A DNA stretch of 64,000 nt from an uncultured Deinococcaceae bacterium (lineage in GTDB: Bacteria; Deinococcota; Deinococci; Deinococcales; Deinococcaceae): positions 64,001 through 128,000 of the forward strand of contig CAXULY010000002.1 of assembly GCA_964252075.1 (NCBI GenBank), in the 5' to 3' direction. The first letter of the stretch is position 1; the number at the start of each line of letters is the position of its first letter. Of the stretch, positions 20,704 through 30,252 are shown piece after piece. The translations under genes and the position numbers were made by a program. The notes under the pieces were generated by a model that was not told the origin of the DNA, did no database searches, and saw only the letters and a list, made by a program, of their open reading frames with translations.

Positions 20704-23061
20704 ATGATGAACCGCACCCACCAACCCATCGCGCTCGCCCTGACCCTCGCCCTCCTCACGGGCTGCGGCACGCTCGCGCAGGAACCCACCCCGCCCGGCG
20801 GCTCTGGCGGTCCGGAACCCACACCATCCGGTTGTGCTGGGAAGCCCATCACGACCACCACGCCCGCCGCGCCCACGGGCCCCTACGCGCCCAGCGCGTC
20901 CGAAGCGGTGTACCCGCACCTGCTGACCGGCGCGGCCAGGCGACCATCCACGGCGGGCGCGCTGAAGGTCATCACGTACAACTGCATGAAGACCCTCGCG
21001 GACGCCAGCGGGCAGCCCATTCAGCTGCGTGGCATGAGCACGCACGGCCTGCAGTGGTTTCCCGGCATCGTCAACGACCACACCGATAAGGCCCTCGCGA
21101 ACGACTGGGGGGCCAACGTGATTCGCCTCGCCATGTACGTCGGTGAGGGCGGGTACGCCACGAACCCGGACGTGCAGAAGAAAGTCATTGAGGGCATTGA
21201 CGACGCCATCGCGAACGACCTGTACGTCATCGTGGACTGGCACGTCATCTCGCCCGGCGACCCCACCGCGCCCACGTACAGCGGCGCCATGGACTTCTTC
21301 AAGGGCATCGCGCAGAAGTACCCGAACGACAAGCACATCATCTACGAGGTGGCGAACGAACCGAACCCCGGCAACGCGCCCGCCAACAGCAACGACGCGG
21401 CCGGCTGGGCGCAGGTGAAGGGCTACGCGGAGCCCATCATCAAGATGCTGCGCGACAGCGGCAACCAGAACCTCGTGATTGTCGGCACGCCGAACTGGAG
21501 CCAGCGCCCGGACCTCGCCGCGCAGAACCCCATCAACGACCCGCAGACCATGTACACCGTGCACTTCTACACCGGCACGCACAAACCGTCGAACGACCTC
21601 ACGGACCGCAGCAACGTGATGAGCAACGCCCGGTACGCGCTGGAGCACGGCGCGCCGATCTTCGTGACGGAGTGGGGCACCAGCGAGGCGAGCGGCAACA
21701 ACGGCCCGTTCCTGCAGGAGGCCGACACCTGGCTGGACTTCCTGAACGCGCACAATGTCAGCTGGGTGAACTGGTCCCTCAGCAACAAGAACGAGACGTC
21801 GGCGGCGCTGCGACCCTTCCCGAACGAGACGAGCCTCGACCCGGGCGAGGACAACGTGTGGGCGCCCAGCGAGCTGACCGTGTCCGGCGAGTTCGTGCGG
21901 TCCCGCATCAAGGGCGTGGCGTACCAGCCCACCGACCGCAACGCGTTCACGCAGGTGCTCTGGAACTTCGATGACGGCGCGCAGGGCTGGGGCGTGAACG
22001 CGGACAGCGCGGTCAAGTCCGTCACGGTCAGCGGCGTGGCGGGCGCGCTTCAGGTAGAGGGCCTGGCGGGCAGCAGCGACGTGACCGCCGGGAACTTCTG
22101 GGCGAACGCGCGCCTCTCCGCAGACGGCGCGGGCGCGCAGCTGGACCTGACGGGCGCCACGCGCCTCAGCGTGGACGTGAGCGTCGCGGCGCCCACCACC
22201 GTGTCCATCGCCGCCGTCCCGCAGAGCAGCGCGCACGGCTGGGCGAACCCCACGCGGGCGGTGGTGGTCGGCCCGGAGGCCTTCACGGCACAGCCGGACG
22301 GCCGTTACCGCGCCACCGTGACCCTCACGGACGAGGACGCGCCGAACCTCAAGGCCATCGTGCAGGACAGCACGCCCGCGGGCCACACCCTCACGAACCT
22401 CGTGCTGTTCGTGGGCGCGCAGAACACGGACAGCGTTGCGCTGGACAACATCGCGGTGTCCGGCAGCCGCACCCCCAGCACCCCGCCCGTCGAGCACGCG
22501 CCGCTGGGCGCCGTGACGCTCCCCTCCACCTTCGAGGACGGCACGCGCCAGGGGTGGCACTGGGCGGCGGAATCCGGCGTGCAGGGCGCGCTGACCGTCG
22601 CGGACGCGGGTGGCTCGAAAGCCCTCACGTGGGACATTACATACCCGGACGTGAAGCCGGCAGACAGCTGGGCGTCCGCGCCGCGCCTCACGCTCGACAC
22701 GCCGGACCTCACGCGCGGCGAGAATACCCGGTTGCTGTTCGACCTCTACCTGAAGCCCGAGCGGTCCAGCAAGGGCAGCCTCTCCGTCAACCTATCGTTC
22801 GGGCCGCCCAGCCTCGGGTACTGGGCGCAGGCGCAGGACACCGTGACTGTCCCGCTGGACACCCTGAGCGGCATGACGAAGACCGCGGACGGGCTGTACC
22901 GCGTTCAGGGCAGCTTCGACCTCACGCGCATCCTGGACAACAAGGTGCTCGCGCCGGACACCGCGCTGGGGCGAATCAACCTGATCGTCGCGGACGTGGA
23001 GAGCGACTACGCCGGAACGATGTTCATGGACAACGTCCGCCTGGCACCCGCCCTGCCCTGA
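20704..23061 (+). CDS. GH5 endoglucanase lipoprotein with CBM17/28 modules
   Basis: Lipobox LTGC; QLRGMSTHGLQWF, YEVANEP and FVTEWG catalytic motifs; NFWANARL, FEDGTRQGW, WASAPRL CBM17/28-like segments. Confidence 0.92.
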   Translation: MMNRTHQPIALALTLALLTGCGTLAQEPTPPGGSGGPEPTPSGCAGKPITTTTPAAPTGPYAPSASEAVYPHLLTGAARRPSTAGALKVITYNCMKTLADASGQPIQLRGMSTHGLQWFPGIVNDHTDKALANDWGANVIRLAMYVGEGGYATNPDVQKKVIEGIDDAIANDLYVIVDWHVISPGDPTAPTYSGAMDFFKGIAQKYPNDKHIIYEVANEPNPGNAPANSNDAAGWAQVKGYAEPIIKMLRDSGNQNLVIVGTPNWSQRPDLAAQNPINDPQTMYTVHFYTGTHKPSNDLTDRSNVMSNARYALEHGAPIFVTEWGTSEASGNNGPFLQEADTWLDFLNAHNVSWVNWSLSNKNETSAALRPFPNETSLDPGEDNVWAPSELTVSGEFVRSRIKGVAYQPTDRNAFTQVLWNFDDGAQGWGVNADSAVKSVTVSGVAGALQVEGLAGSSDVTAGNFWANARLSADGAGAQLDLTGATRLSVDVSVAAPTTVSIAAVPQSSAHGWANPTRAVVVGPEAFTAQPDGRYRATVTLTDEDAPNLKAIVQDSTPAGHTLTNLVLFVGAQNTDSVALDNIAVSGSRTPSTPPVEHAPLGAVTLPSTFEDGTRQGWHWAAESGVQGALTVADAGGSKALTWDITYPDVKPADSWASAPRLTLDTPDLTRGENTRLLFDLYLKPERSSKGSLSVNLSFGPPSLGYWAQAQDTVTVPLDTLSGMTKTADGLYRVQGSFDLTRILDNKVLAPDTALGRINLIVADVESDYAGTMFMDNVRLAPALP

Positions 23062-23068
23062 GTGGACA

Positions 23069-23109
23069 GCGGGAAGGGGGGCTCAGCCTTGACTGGGCCC
23101 CTTTCCCGC
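23069..23109 (+). terminator. Hairpin downstream of cellulase
   Basis: GCGGGAAGGGGGGCTCAG...CTGGGCCCCTTTCCCGC imperfect stem. Confidence 0.55.
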
Positions 23110-23172
23110 GTGTGGGCGCGGTTCCGGCGTGGGTTCAGACCGGATTCAGGGGTGGGGGCCTACCATCCACCC

Positions 23173-23433
23173 ATGAACGCCATTGATCTGCAGGTGCTGG
23201 AGGCCCTTCCCACCCACCCGGTGCAGCGCATGCCCTTTCTGGCAGGACTGCCCGTCACCCTCAACCGCAACTCGGTGATTGGCGCACTGGGCCGCCTGAT
23301 GGACGCGGGGCTGGTGTGCCGGCCAGAGCGTGGCCTGTACGCCCTCACGGACGCCGGGCGCGCGTACCGCGCTGGAACACGCGGGCCCCTCGGGCGACCG
23401 GAGGAGTGGCCCCGCGTGCTGCACGCCCGCTGA
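23173..23433 (+). CDS. Small winged-helix-like protein
   Basis: GALGRLMDAGLV..GLYALTDAG wHTH-like; TACCAT-N6-ATG leaderless start. Confidence 0.6.
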   Translation: MNAIDLQVLEALPTHPVQRMPFLAGLPVTLNRNSVIGALGRLMDAGLVCRPERGLYALTDAGRAYRAGTRGPLGRPEEWPRVLHAR

Positions 23434-23466
23434 GGGGGCGCAGGTCATGCGGCTGGATGCCGTCCG

Positions 23467-23877
23467 TCAGGGCGTGGGGTGCGGCTGGACCCAGCGGTCA
23501 TGAACCGCGGTGAGGAGGTCCACGTACCCCTGCAGGTTGTCCGGTTTGAGCAGCACGTCCGCCGCGCGGGCGTCCAGGCAGCGCTGCCGCTCCTCGTCGG
23601 TCATGAGGCCCGCGAGGACCAGCACGGGCGTCTCGCGGTGCTGACCGCCCGCCTTCAGGCTCAGCAGCAGACTGGCACTGGTGGTGCCGGTGAGGCGCAG
23701 GTCCATCAGGATCAGGCGTGGGGTGCGCTCATGCAGGGCCGTCGTGGCCTCCCGCAGGTCCCGCGCGTGGTGCACCAGCCACGGCAGGGCCGCCCCGATG
23801 GACGCCTCCTGAAGGAGTTCGGCGTCCATGTCGTCGTCCTCGATGAGCAGCACATCGAGTCCTGCTGAGGTTGTCAT
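23467..23877 (-). CDS. Stand-alone response regulator receiver
   Basis: LLIEDD, LMDLRL, LLKP; TAGCCT-N6-ATG leaderless start. Confidence 0.88.
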   Translation of the reverse strand: MTTSAGLDVLLIEDDDMDAELLQEASIGAALPWLVHHARDLREATTALHERTPRLILMDLRLTGTTSASLLLSLKAGGQHRETPVLVLAGLMTDEERQRCLDARAADVLLKPDNLQGYVDLLTAVHDRWVQPHPTP

Positions 23878-24035
23878 GTGCCGAGGCTAGCAGTGAGCGT
23901 TCACATCAGGCGATGCATTTCAGCACAACGCCTTCAGAAAACCATCATGTAGTCAAGATTATTATTTCATGAAGTAGGAGGTCGTACAGTCACGGCAGGG
24001 TGGTCCGCTCTCCCGCCCGTGTCGATGGAGGTCCC

Positions 24036-24470
24036 GTGATCCGCGCTTTCCGCCTGCTGCTCATCGACGATGACCTGATGGACATCGAACTCGCGGCCTT
24101 CGCCCTCAGCCAGCAGACGCAGCCGTACGTCCTCACCACCGCGCAAAGTGGCGACGAGGCGCTCGCGCTCCTGCACGAGCACCCGCAACCGGACCTGATC
24201 CTGCTGGACCTCAACATGCCCGGCATGAACGGGCTGGAGGTCCTGACGGCCATCAAATCGCACGAGGCCCTCAGAATGATTCCCGTGGTGATGTTCACCA
24301 CCTCGCAGCAGCGCCAAGACATCCAGCGGGCCTACGAACGCCACGTCAGCGGCTTCCTCATGAAGCCCCGCGCGCTGGATGAGCAGCTGGCGCTGATGTC
24401 GCAGGTCCTGGAGTACTGGACGCAGACGAGCACCACGCACTGGCCCGAACCCGCGCTGGTGCCGCGCTGA
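24036..24470 (+). CDS. Stand-alone response regulator receiver (Rcp1-like)
   Basis: GGAGG plus GTG; LLIDDD, LLDLNMPGMNG, IPVVMFTTS, MKP. Confidence 0.9.
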   Translation: MIRAFRLLLIDDDLMDIELAAFALSQQTQPYVLTTAQSGDEALALLHEHPQPDLILLDLNMPGMNGLEVLTAIKSHEALRMIPVVMFTTSQQRQDIQRAYERHVSGFLMKPRALDEQLALMSQVLEYWTQTSTTHWPEPALVPR

Positions 24471-24516
24471 TCCTGTCCGCACCCGCAACCACGCCACACC
24501 CCGGCGCCGCTGCCCA

Positions 24517-25848
24517 TCAAGTCCGCTGACCATCCCGACCGCCCCGCGACCCGGCCATGACGACCACCTGCGGCACCGACGTGGGCTCCTCCGCAGGGTC
24601 GTCCACCTCGGGCATCACGGCTGGGTCCCCCGCCGCCGCCCTGGTGGGCCGCGCGGGCGCGCCCCGGCGCATGGTCGTGACGAACAGCAGCGCGAACGCC
24701 GCGCCCGTCAGGGCCGCGCACAGCACGAACACCGCCTGGTACCCGAAGGCCTGAGCGAAGGCGCCCGACACCACGCCGGACAGCACGGACCCCACGCTGT
24801 TCGTGTTCGTGTACAGCGTGAGCGCCGTCCCAGTGCGCCCCGGCATGAGGTCCTGGAAGTACGCCATGCCGAGCGTGGTCGTCACCGCCACCACCGCCGC
24901 GCGAATCACCTGCGCGACCGCCAGGAGCCACACGCCAGGCGCGACGGCCATCAGCACGAAGTACAGGACGAACATCGCGAAACTCAGGGTGATGAGCCGC
25001 TCGTTCGACGGTCGGCGCCGCACCAGGGCAAAACTCAGGATGAACGGAATCTCCAGGAACGCGCACAACCCCACCAGGAAGCCCACCGTGCCCTCCGAGG
25101 CGTGCAGGGCGCCCGTGACGTGCAGCGGCAACGCGATGAACCCCATGTTGTTCGACATGCCGAACAGCACGAAACTCAGCGCGGCCCCCACCAGCGGGCG
25201 CACCGAGCCGCGCCCACCTTCAGGTGTCCGCTCGGCGGGCGGTGCGGGCGCCGCCGCCCGCGGGCGGGCGAGCAGCAACGGCACGCCCACCAGCACGTAC
25301 AGCGCGGCCGTCGCGAGGAACAGGGCGTTGAACCCGCCCGCCGTCAGGATGAGCGCCGCGCCCGCCGGGCCCAGCATCCAGGCGATCGAGAACATCGACC
25401 GCAACGCGATCATGCCGCGGTCCGCCGCCTCCGCGCCCGCCGAACCGAAGGACCGCTTCGCGAGCGCGAACAGCTGTGGGAACGCGCCCGCGCCCGTCCC
25501 CAGGAAAAGGCTGGCGATCAGCACGATCGGAACGTAACTGCGCGTCGTGCACAGCAGCGCGTACCCCATGGCCGAAGCCAGCACCGCAAGCAGCACCAGG
25601 GGCTTGTTGTTCGCAGAGCGGTCCGAGCGGCGGGCGAGCAGCGTGCTGATGAAGATGCCGCTCAGCGCCGTGAGGGTCATGTACACCCCCAGGGCGATGG
25701 GCGTCATGTGCGCGGCGTTGCGGCCGAAGAGCGGCATGTACGGCACTGCAAACGAGGCCGCCGAGCCCAGCAGCAGCGCGGACATCGCGTAGTGCGGGTA
25801 GTGGGGAACGTGGCGCAGACCCGTCAGCGCCCGCAGAGAGAAAGCCAT
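24517..25848 (-). CDS. MFS sugar efflux transporter (SET-like)
   Basis: AFPQLFALA, LRSMFSIAWMLGP, CAFLEIP, YFQDLMPGRTG motifs. Confidence 0.87.
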   Translation of the reverse strand: MAFSLRALTGLRHVPHYPHYAMSALLLGSAASFAVPYMPLFGRNAAHMTPIALGVYMTLTALSGIFISTLLARRSDRSANNKPLVLLAVLASAMGYALLCTTRSYVPIVLIASLFLGTGAGAFPQLFALAKRSFGSAGAEAADRGMIALRSMFSIAWMLGPAGAALILTAGGFNALFLATAALYVLVGVPLLLARPRAAAPAPPAERTPEGGRGSVRPLVGAALSFVLFGMSNNMGFIALPLHVTGALHASEGTVGFLVGLCAFLEIPFILSFALVRRRPSNERLITLSFAMFVLYFVLMAVAPGVWLLAVAQVIRAAVVAVTTTLGMAYFQDLMPGRTGTALTLYTNTNSVGSVLSGVVSGAFAQAFGYQAVFVLCAALTGAAFALLFVTTMRRGAPARPTRAAAGDPAVMPEVDDPAEEPTSVPQVVVMAGSRGGRDGQRT

Positions 25849-26222
25849 GGGGGACTCCTGTGGGAAGAGAGTGAAAGGGACAGGGGAAGGAGTCCAGCGC
25901 GAAAGGAGCGCGCCGCGTGTCAACGCAGGGCTCACCCTAGCGCGCGCGACCACGGGTTTTCCGAGCGGCGCGTAAATTCAGCCTGATGGGTTGGCGGGCG
26001 CACCGCGCTGGGTGAACGCCAGCATGACGCAAGCTGAAGGCTTGCTTGCGGGCGCGAAAACGCCGCTTCATGCAGTTGAGGCTCCCCGCGCCCCTCGAAC
26101 TGGGATGCTCAGTGCAGTCGCGTTGAGGGGGCTGCCGTCCTGTCACCCCTTCCCCACCGGTGGCGGTTGCGGCGGTCGCTCAACGCGCATGAATGTTCGC
26201 CCTGTGGGGCACGGAGGAAACC

Positions 26223-26537
26223 ATGCGCAGCACCCAGCTTGCCCTCGCCGGAATTGACGGCTACCGGCGGTACCTGTCGCCCATCAAGGGGTTCCGCTGC
26301 GCGCACGCCGCGTTCTTCGGCGGGCCGTCGTGCTCGGAGGCGATTCGCGCCATCGTCGAGCTGCACGGCGTGCGCGCGGGCCGCGCCCTGATCGCCGCGC
26401 GCTTCGCGGCCTGCCGCTCCGCGCATCATCACCTGCACGGCGCTGCGATGCGGACTGGCTGGTTCGCATCCGGTGACGTGCGCGCGCAGGGCGTGTGCTG
26501 CTGCGGCGGCATCCCCATTCCCTTCCGCTGCGGCTGA
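26223..26537 (+). CDS. YidD-like (membrane protein insertion efficiency factor domain) protein
   Basis: GGAGG RBS; YRRYLSPIKGFRCAH...PSCS...RFAAC; Cys-rich tail. Confidence 0.75.
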   Translation: MRSTQLALAGIDGYRRYLSPIKGFRCAHAAFFGGPSCSEAIRAIVELHGVRAGRALIAARFAACRSAHHHLHGAAMRTGWFASGDVRAQGVCCCGGIPIPFRCG

Positions 26538-26645
26538 CCCCTGCCCGCACCCGCGCCGGGTGGCGTTCGGTCCGACGCGGTTAGGGCCGGTGACGATTCC
26601 CACGCATGCGCCGCGCATTTTGCACAGGTGGAAGCGAACGCGGCA

Positions 26646-27362
26646 TCACACGAAGTCCAGCGTGACCCGCCGCGCGACGGCTGCCGCGCGCGTCTCCGCC
26701 AGCAGCGCACGCGCCGCCGGGTGCGCCGCGTACTCGGGTTCACTCCACAGCGTGGGCGCCAGGGTGGAATCGAGGCGCACCTGTAGGTGCTCGTTCTCCT
26801 CGGCGTGCGCGACCATCGCGCGCAGCGCCAGCAACGCGGGCGCCACGCCCTCCTGCGCGCCCAGCGGAACGACGATCCGGCGGGACGCGCCATTGCGGTT
26901 GAAGGTGAGGGTCGCCTCGGACCCCCACGCGAGACGGCTGACCTTCACGCGCACCTCCGCCTGACCGGGCAGTGCGTCCGGGACGCCCAGCCGGGCGTTC
27001 GTGGCCAGCTGGTGCGCCTCGCGCATGCGCCGCGCATCACGGGACTCGCGCGTGACGCTGAGCGTGATGGAACGCTCACGCGCCGCCGCGCGCACGGCGG
27101 CACCCATCTCATCCTGGTGCGGGTGGAGGGTGCCGCGCCGGATGGCCTGCACGACGCAGGTGGCGTCCGTGTGCAGGGTGAGCGGCTGGCGCTCCGGCGC
27201 AAGCTGCACGGCGTGCAGTGCCGCCAGGAGTTCGCACGCGCCATTGTCTGATACAGGTTCCTCCCCGCTGTGGTGTGCGGGCGGCGCGCCAGGAACGAGG
27301 AGCACCACGCCCCACCCACCACGATCGTCCTGATGGCTTCCATCAGCGTATGCGTGGTTCAT
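26646..27362 (-). CDS. RNase H-like protein with extra C-terminal domain
   Basis: AYADGS, GGWGVV, NGACELLAAL, LHTDA, REAHQLA follow the RNase HI motif order. Confidence 0.78.
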   Translation of the reverse strand: MNHAYADGSHQDDRGGWGVVLLVPGAPPAHHSGEEPVSDNGACELLAALHAVQLAPERQPLTLHTDATCVVQAIRRGTLHPHQDEMGAAVRAAARERSITLSVTRESRDARRMREAHQLATNARLGVPDALPGQAEVRVKVSRLAWGSEATLTFNRNGASRRIVVPLGAQEGVAPALLALRAMVAHAEENEHLQVRLDSTLAPTLWSEPEYAAHPAARALLAETRAAAVARRVTLDFV

Positions 27363-28152
27363 GCAGGCATTCTCCCGCGTATTGGCAGAGCGAACCGTGA
27401 ACGGACTGACCACGAGGTTGCTGCAGCGCCAGTATGGATCAACTTTACTGGAGAAACGATTGTAGTGGCATTGAAAAGATGTTCCGTAACGCCACTCATG
27501 AAGGTTATTCCTTCACCCTAACAGTATTTTATACTTTAATCACCTAATTATAGCTGATAAGAGGATTATAACAGCGACTAGCCATAGATTTTTTCATCAT
27601 TCTGTTGAAATTGCCAAGATCATCTTGCCGTCAAGTTACAGCATAGGAGAATCGCAATCCCAGCAAGTTGATTTATGATTGTGTGGCGTACGTTTAGTGA
27701 GTACTTTTAGCGCCACTACTATAGTCAGCTAGGTAGCTTGAAAACCCTGCTTCTTGCTCAATGCCTTCGTAGGCCCTTCTCGCTGTTATTTCTCAACGCC
27801 CTCACGACTCGGCGCCTGGCAGCTGATCGTAGCGAGGACAACCTTCTCTTCTTAAGAAGTCTCTTCAAACCTTGGACAAAAGTTTTAAGACTCATACCCA
27901 CGCTCCAGAGCGACAGTCGGCTTTTTGCGCCCTAATCGAAACCTATTGTGTATACCTTGGTACAATTTGAACGCCCAAACCGCTCCTAGCCCCGTAACGT
28001 ATTCTATTCAAACTTTGTACAAATAGGGAGTTATTCCCACCCTGGCATGAGCGATTCCCGGCTCCGTCGTGACCGAGGTGTAAGAAAGTTCATCCTACAG
28101 TGACGCCAGAAGAAGCGCAGTGCGTACAACGCGGCAGCGCTCGGAGGACCAC

Positions 28153-28797
28153 ATGGCGATTTTTGGACAACTTGAGCACCACTCCCTGACGGACCTGGCC
28201 AAAGTCCTGCGTCACCAGGCCGGCACACTGTTCCTGCACAGCGCCTACGCGGGGCGCAGCGCCGAGCTGCAACTCGATCAGGGCATCCTGCGCGCCGTGT
28301 ACGTGGACGGCTTCCCCGTCCGGGATGGCCAGCAACTGCGGACGACCCTTCAGACCATCGCCCGCACCCGGGCGGGCGCGTACGAATTCCAGCCGCAACC
28401 CAAAGACGGCGTGCGCGGGCCCCTGCACGCCCGCTTTGAGGACCTGCTGATCGCGCTGACCAGCACCAGCACCATCCCGGAAGAGCACCTGCCGCACGAG
28501 GACACGCGCTTCGTGGAGACCCCCTCCACCGCGCCCATCCCGGACGACCTGCGCCCCACCTGGCAGCGCCTGTACCCGTACCTCGTCACGGGCACCAGCG
28601 CCCGCGAACTCGCGCAGCTCCTCCAGCATGACGTTCACGACCTGCGCGCCCTGCTGTACCGCCTGCGCGCCGCGCAACTCATCATGCCGCAGCGCGCCGC
28701 CGCGCCGCCCGCCCCACCAGCGCGGTCCTCGGTGCCCTCCCCCGTCCTGCGGTTTCTCGGCGCCCTGCGGCGCCTCACGGGCGCGGTGACGGCATGA
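28153..28797 (+). CDS. DUF4388 (PATAN-like) domain protein
   Basis: MAIFGQLEHHSLTDL..QAGTL, GAYEFQP; C-terminal HTH-like; first gene of GTPase/roadblock operon. Confidence 0.75.
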   Translation: MAIFGQLEHHSLTDLAKVLRHQAGTLFLHSAYAGRSAELQLDQGILRAVYVDGFPVRDGQQLRTTLQTIARTRAGAYEFQPQPKDGVRGPLHARFEDLLIALTSTSTIPEEHLPHEDTRFVETPSTAPIPDDLRPTWQRLYPYLVTGTSARELAQLLQHDVHDLRALLYRLRAAQLIMPQRAAAPPAPPARSSVPSPVLRFLGALRRLTGAVTA

Positions 28798-29345
28798 CCG
28801 CCCCCCTGAAACTCGTGGTGAGCGGTCCCGTCGGCGCGGGCAAAACGACCTTCGTGCAGACGCTCTCCGAAACCGCGGTGATCGCGACGGAAGCGGAAGC
28901 CAGCGAGGACATCGGCAAGGCCAACACCACCGTCGCCTTCGACTACGGCACGCTGGTCCTCGACGGGCAGGAACTTCACCTGTACGGCACGCCCGGCCAG
29001 GACCGCTTCAGCTTCATGTGGGAGGTGCTGTGTGAGGGCGCGCTCGGCCTGACGCTGCTCGTGGCCGGCACGCGCCCGCAGGACTTCATGAACGCCCGCA
29101 ACATCCTGGAGTTCATCACGAGCCGCACTCCCATTCCATTCGTGGTGGGCGTCACGCGGCAGGACAGCCATGAGCCCGTCTGGCGCCCAGAGGACGTCGC
29201 GGCGTTCTTCGACCTCCCGGTCGAGCAGGTGATCGGCGTGAACGCCACGGACGTGGACAGCGCCCGCCAGGTGCTGATCCGCCTCATCGAACGCACCCTG
29301 AGTACCCCCACCTCAAGCGCCGCGCATCACGCGCCGCTGTTCTGA
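28794..29345 (+). CDS. MglA-like small GTPase
   Basis: GPVGAGKT, TTVAFDYG, LYGTPGQDRF, TRQD. Confidence 0.9.
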   Translation: MTAPLKLVVSGPVGAGKTTFVQTLSETAVIATEAEASEDIGKANTTVAFDYGTLVLDGQELHLYGTPGQDRFSFMWEVLCEGALGLTLLVAGTRPQDFMNARNILEFITSRTPIPFVVGVTRQDSHEPVWRPEDVAAFFDLPVEQVIGVNATDVDSARQVLIRLIERTLSTPTSSAAHHAPLF

Positions 29346-29360
29346 CCAAGGAGCGCCCAC

Positions 29361-29738
29361 ATGACCGCCACCATGACGAAACAGGAACACCTCGCCATCA
29401 CCATCAGCGCCTTGCGCGGCGCCATCCCCGAACTGCGCGGGGTGCTGGTCGCCACGACGGACGGCCTGCCCATCGCGCAGTCCTTCTCGGACGGCACGGA
29501 CGGCAACCGCGTGGCCGCCATGGCCGCCACCGCCCTCGGGCTTGGCAAGCGCATCAACGAGAGCTTCGGCGCAGGTGACCTGAACGAGATGAGCGTCAGC
29601 GGCGTCTCCGGCGGCGTGTTCTTTTACGCGGCCGGACGCAAAGGGGTGCTGGCGGTCGTCGCGCCGGTTGGCACGAACCTCGGCCTGCTGCACCTAGAGG
29701 CGCGGGACGCGGCGCACGCGATCGCCAGCATCCTCTGA
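29361..29738 (+). CDS. Roadblock/LC7 (MglB-like) protein
   Basis: LVATTDGLPIA, VAAMAATALGLG, NLGLL. Confidence 0.9.
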   Translation: MTATMTKQEHLAITISALRGAIPELRGVLVATTDGLPIAQSFSDGTDGNRVAAMAATALGLGKRINESFGAGDLNEMSVSGVSGGVFFYAAGRKGVLAVVAPVGTNLGLLHLEARDAAHAIASIL

Positions 29739-29749
29739 ACCCACTTCTC

Positions 29750-29790
29750 AAGGCAGCCGCGCCGTGTTCCTCACGCGCGGCTGCCTTTCT
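29750..29790 (+). terminator. Intrinsic terminator of GTPase operon
   Basis: AAGGCAGCCGCG...CGCGGCTGCCTT stem followed by T-rich bases. Confidence 0.7.
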
Positions 29791-30252
29791 GAAATCACAT
29801 TGGGCATCAGCACAGGTCTGTTTGCAAGCTCCATGTGTGGTCGCCTACTCAATGGCTGCGCAGGACAGGCACACCGAGTATTAGCCGACGCGACTCTTTG
29901 AAAGCAAAGGGGCGCCAAGAACCATCCGGCACTATTACGCACTTCGCTTGAGTTCACATCAATATGCCCATCGCTCTATAAACCGTGGATAAACACAGCA
30001 CGCACCACGATATATGGTTATATAGGTTTTAGTACTTTGACTAACAATTTTGTGCGAATACGGATTAGCGCACTGCAAACCTGATCTCAACAGAAATTCC
30101 TTTACCCTATGCGCGTCACTAGAGCACGACACCATCAAATCGTTACCGACTTTGCTCTTGTCCATCCCTGTTGAGCTTGTGACGCGCACGCATTTCGTGG
30201 TATTAACATTTGAATAAATCCGTAAGAGGCCACCGGATACAGTGCGGAGCGT

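Noticed and set aside
26646..27362. RNase H as part of a retron/retroelement or transposase
   Set aside because: No reverse transcriptase motifs, msr/msd structure or terminal repeats nearby
27738..27935. Short ORFs in AT-rich gaps (also 29748-29957, 51993-52271)
   Set aside because: No RBS, atypical codon use, no recognisable motifs
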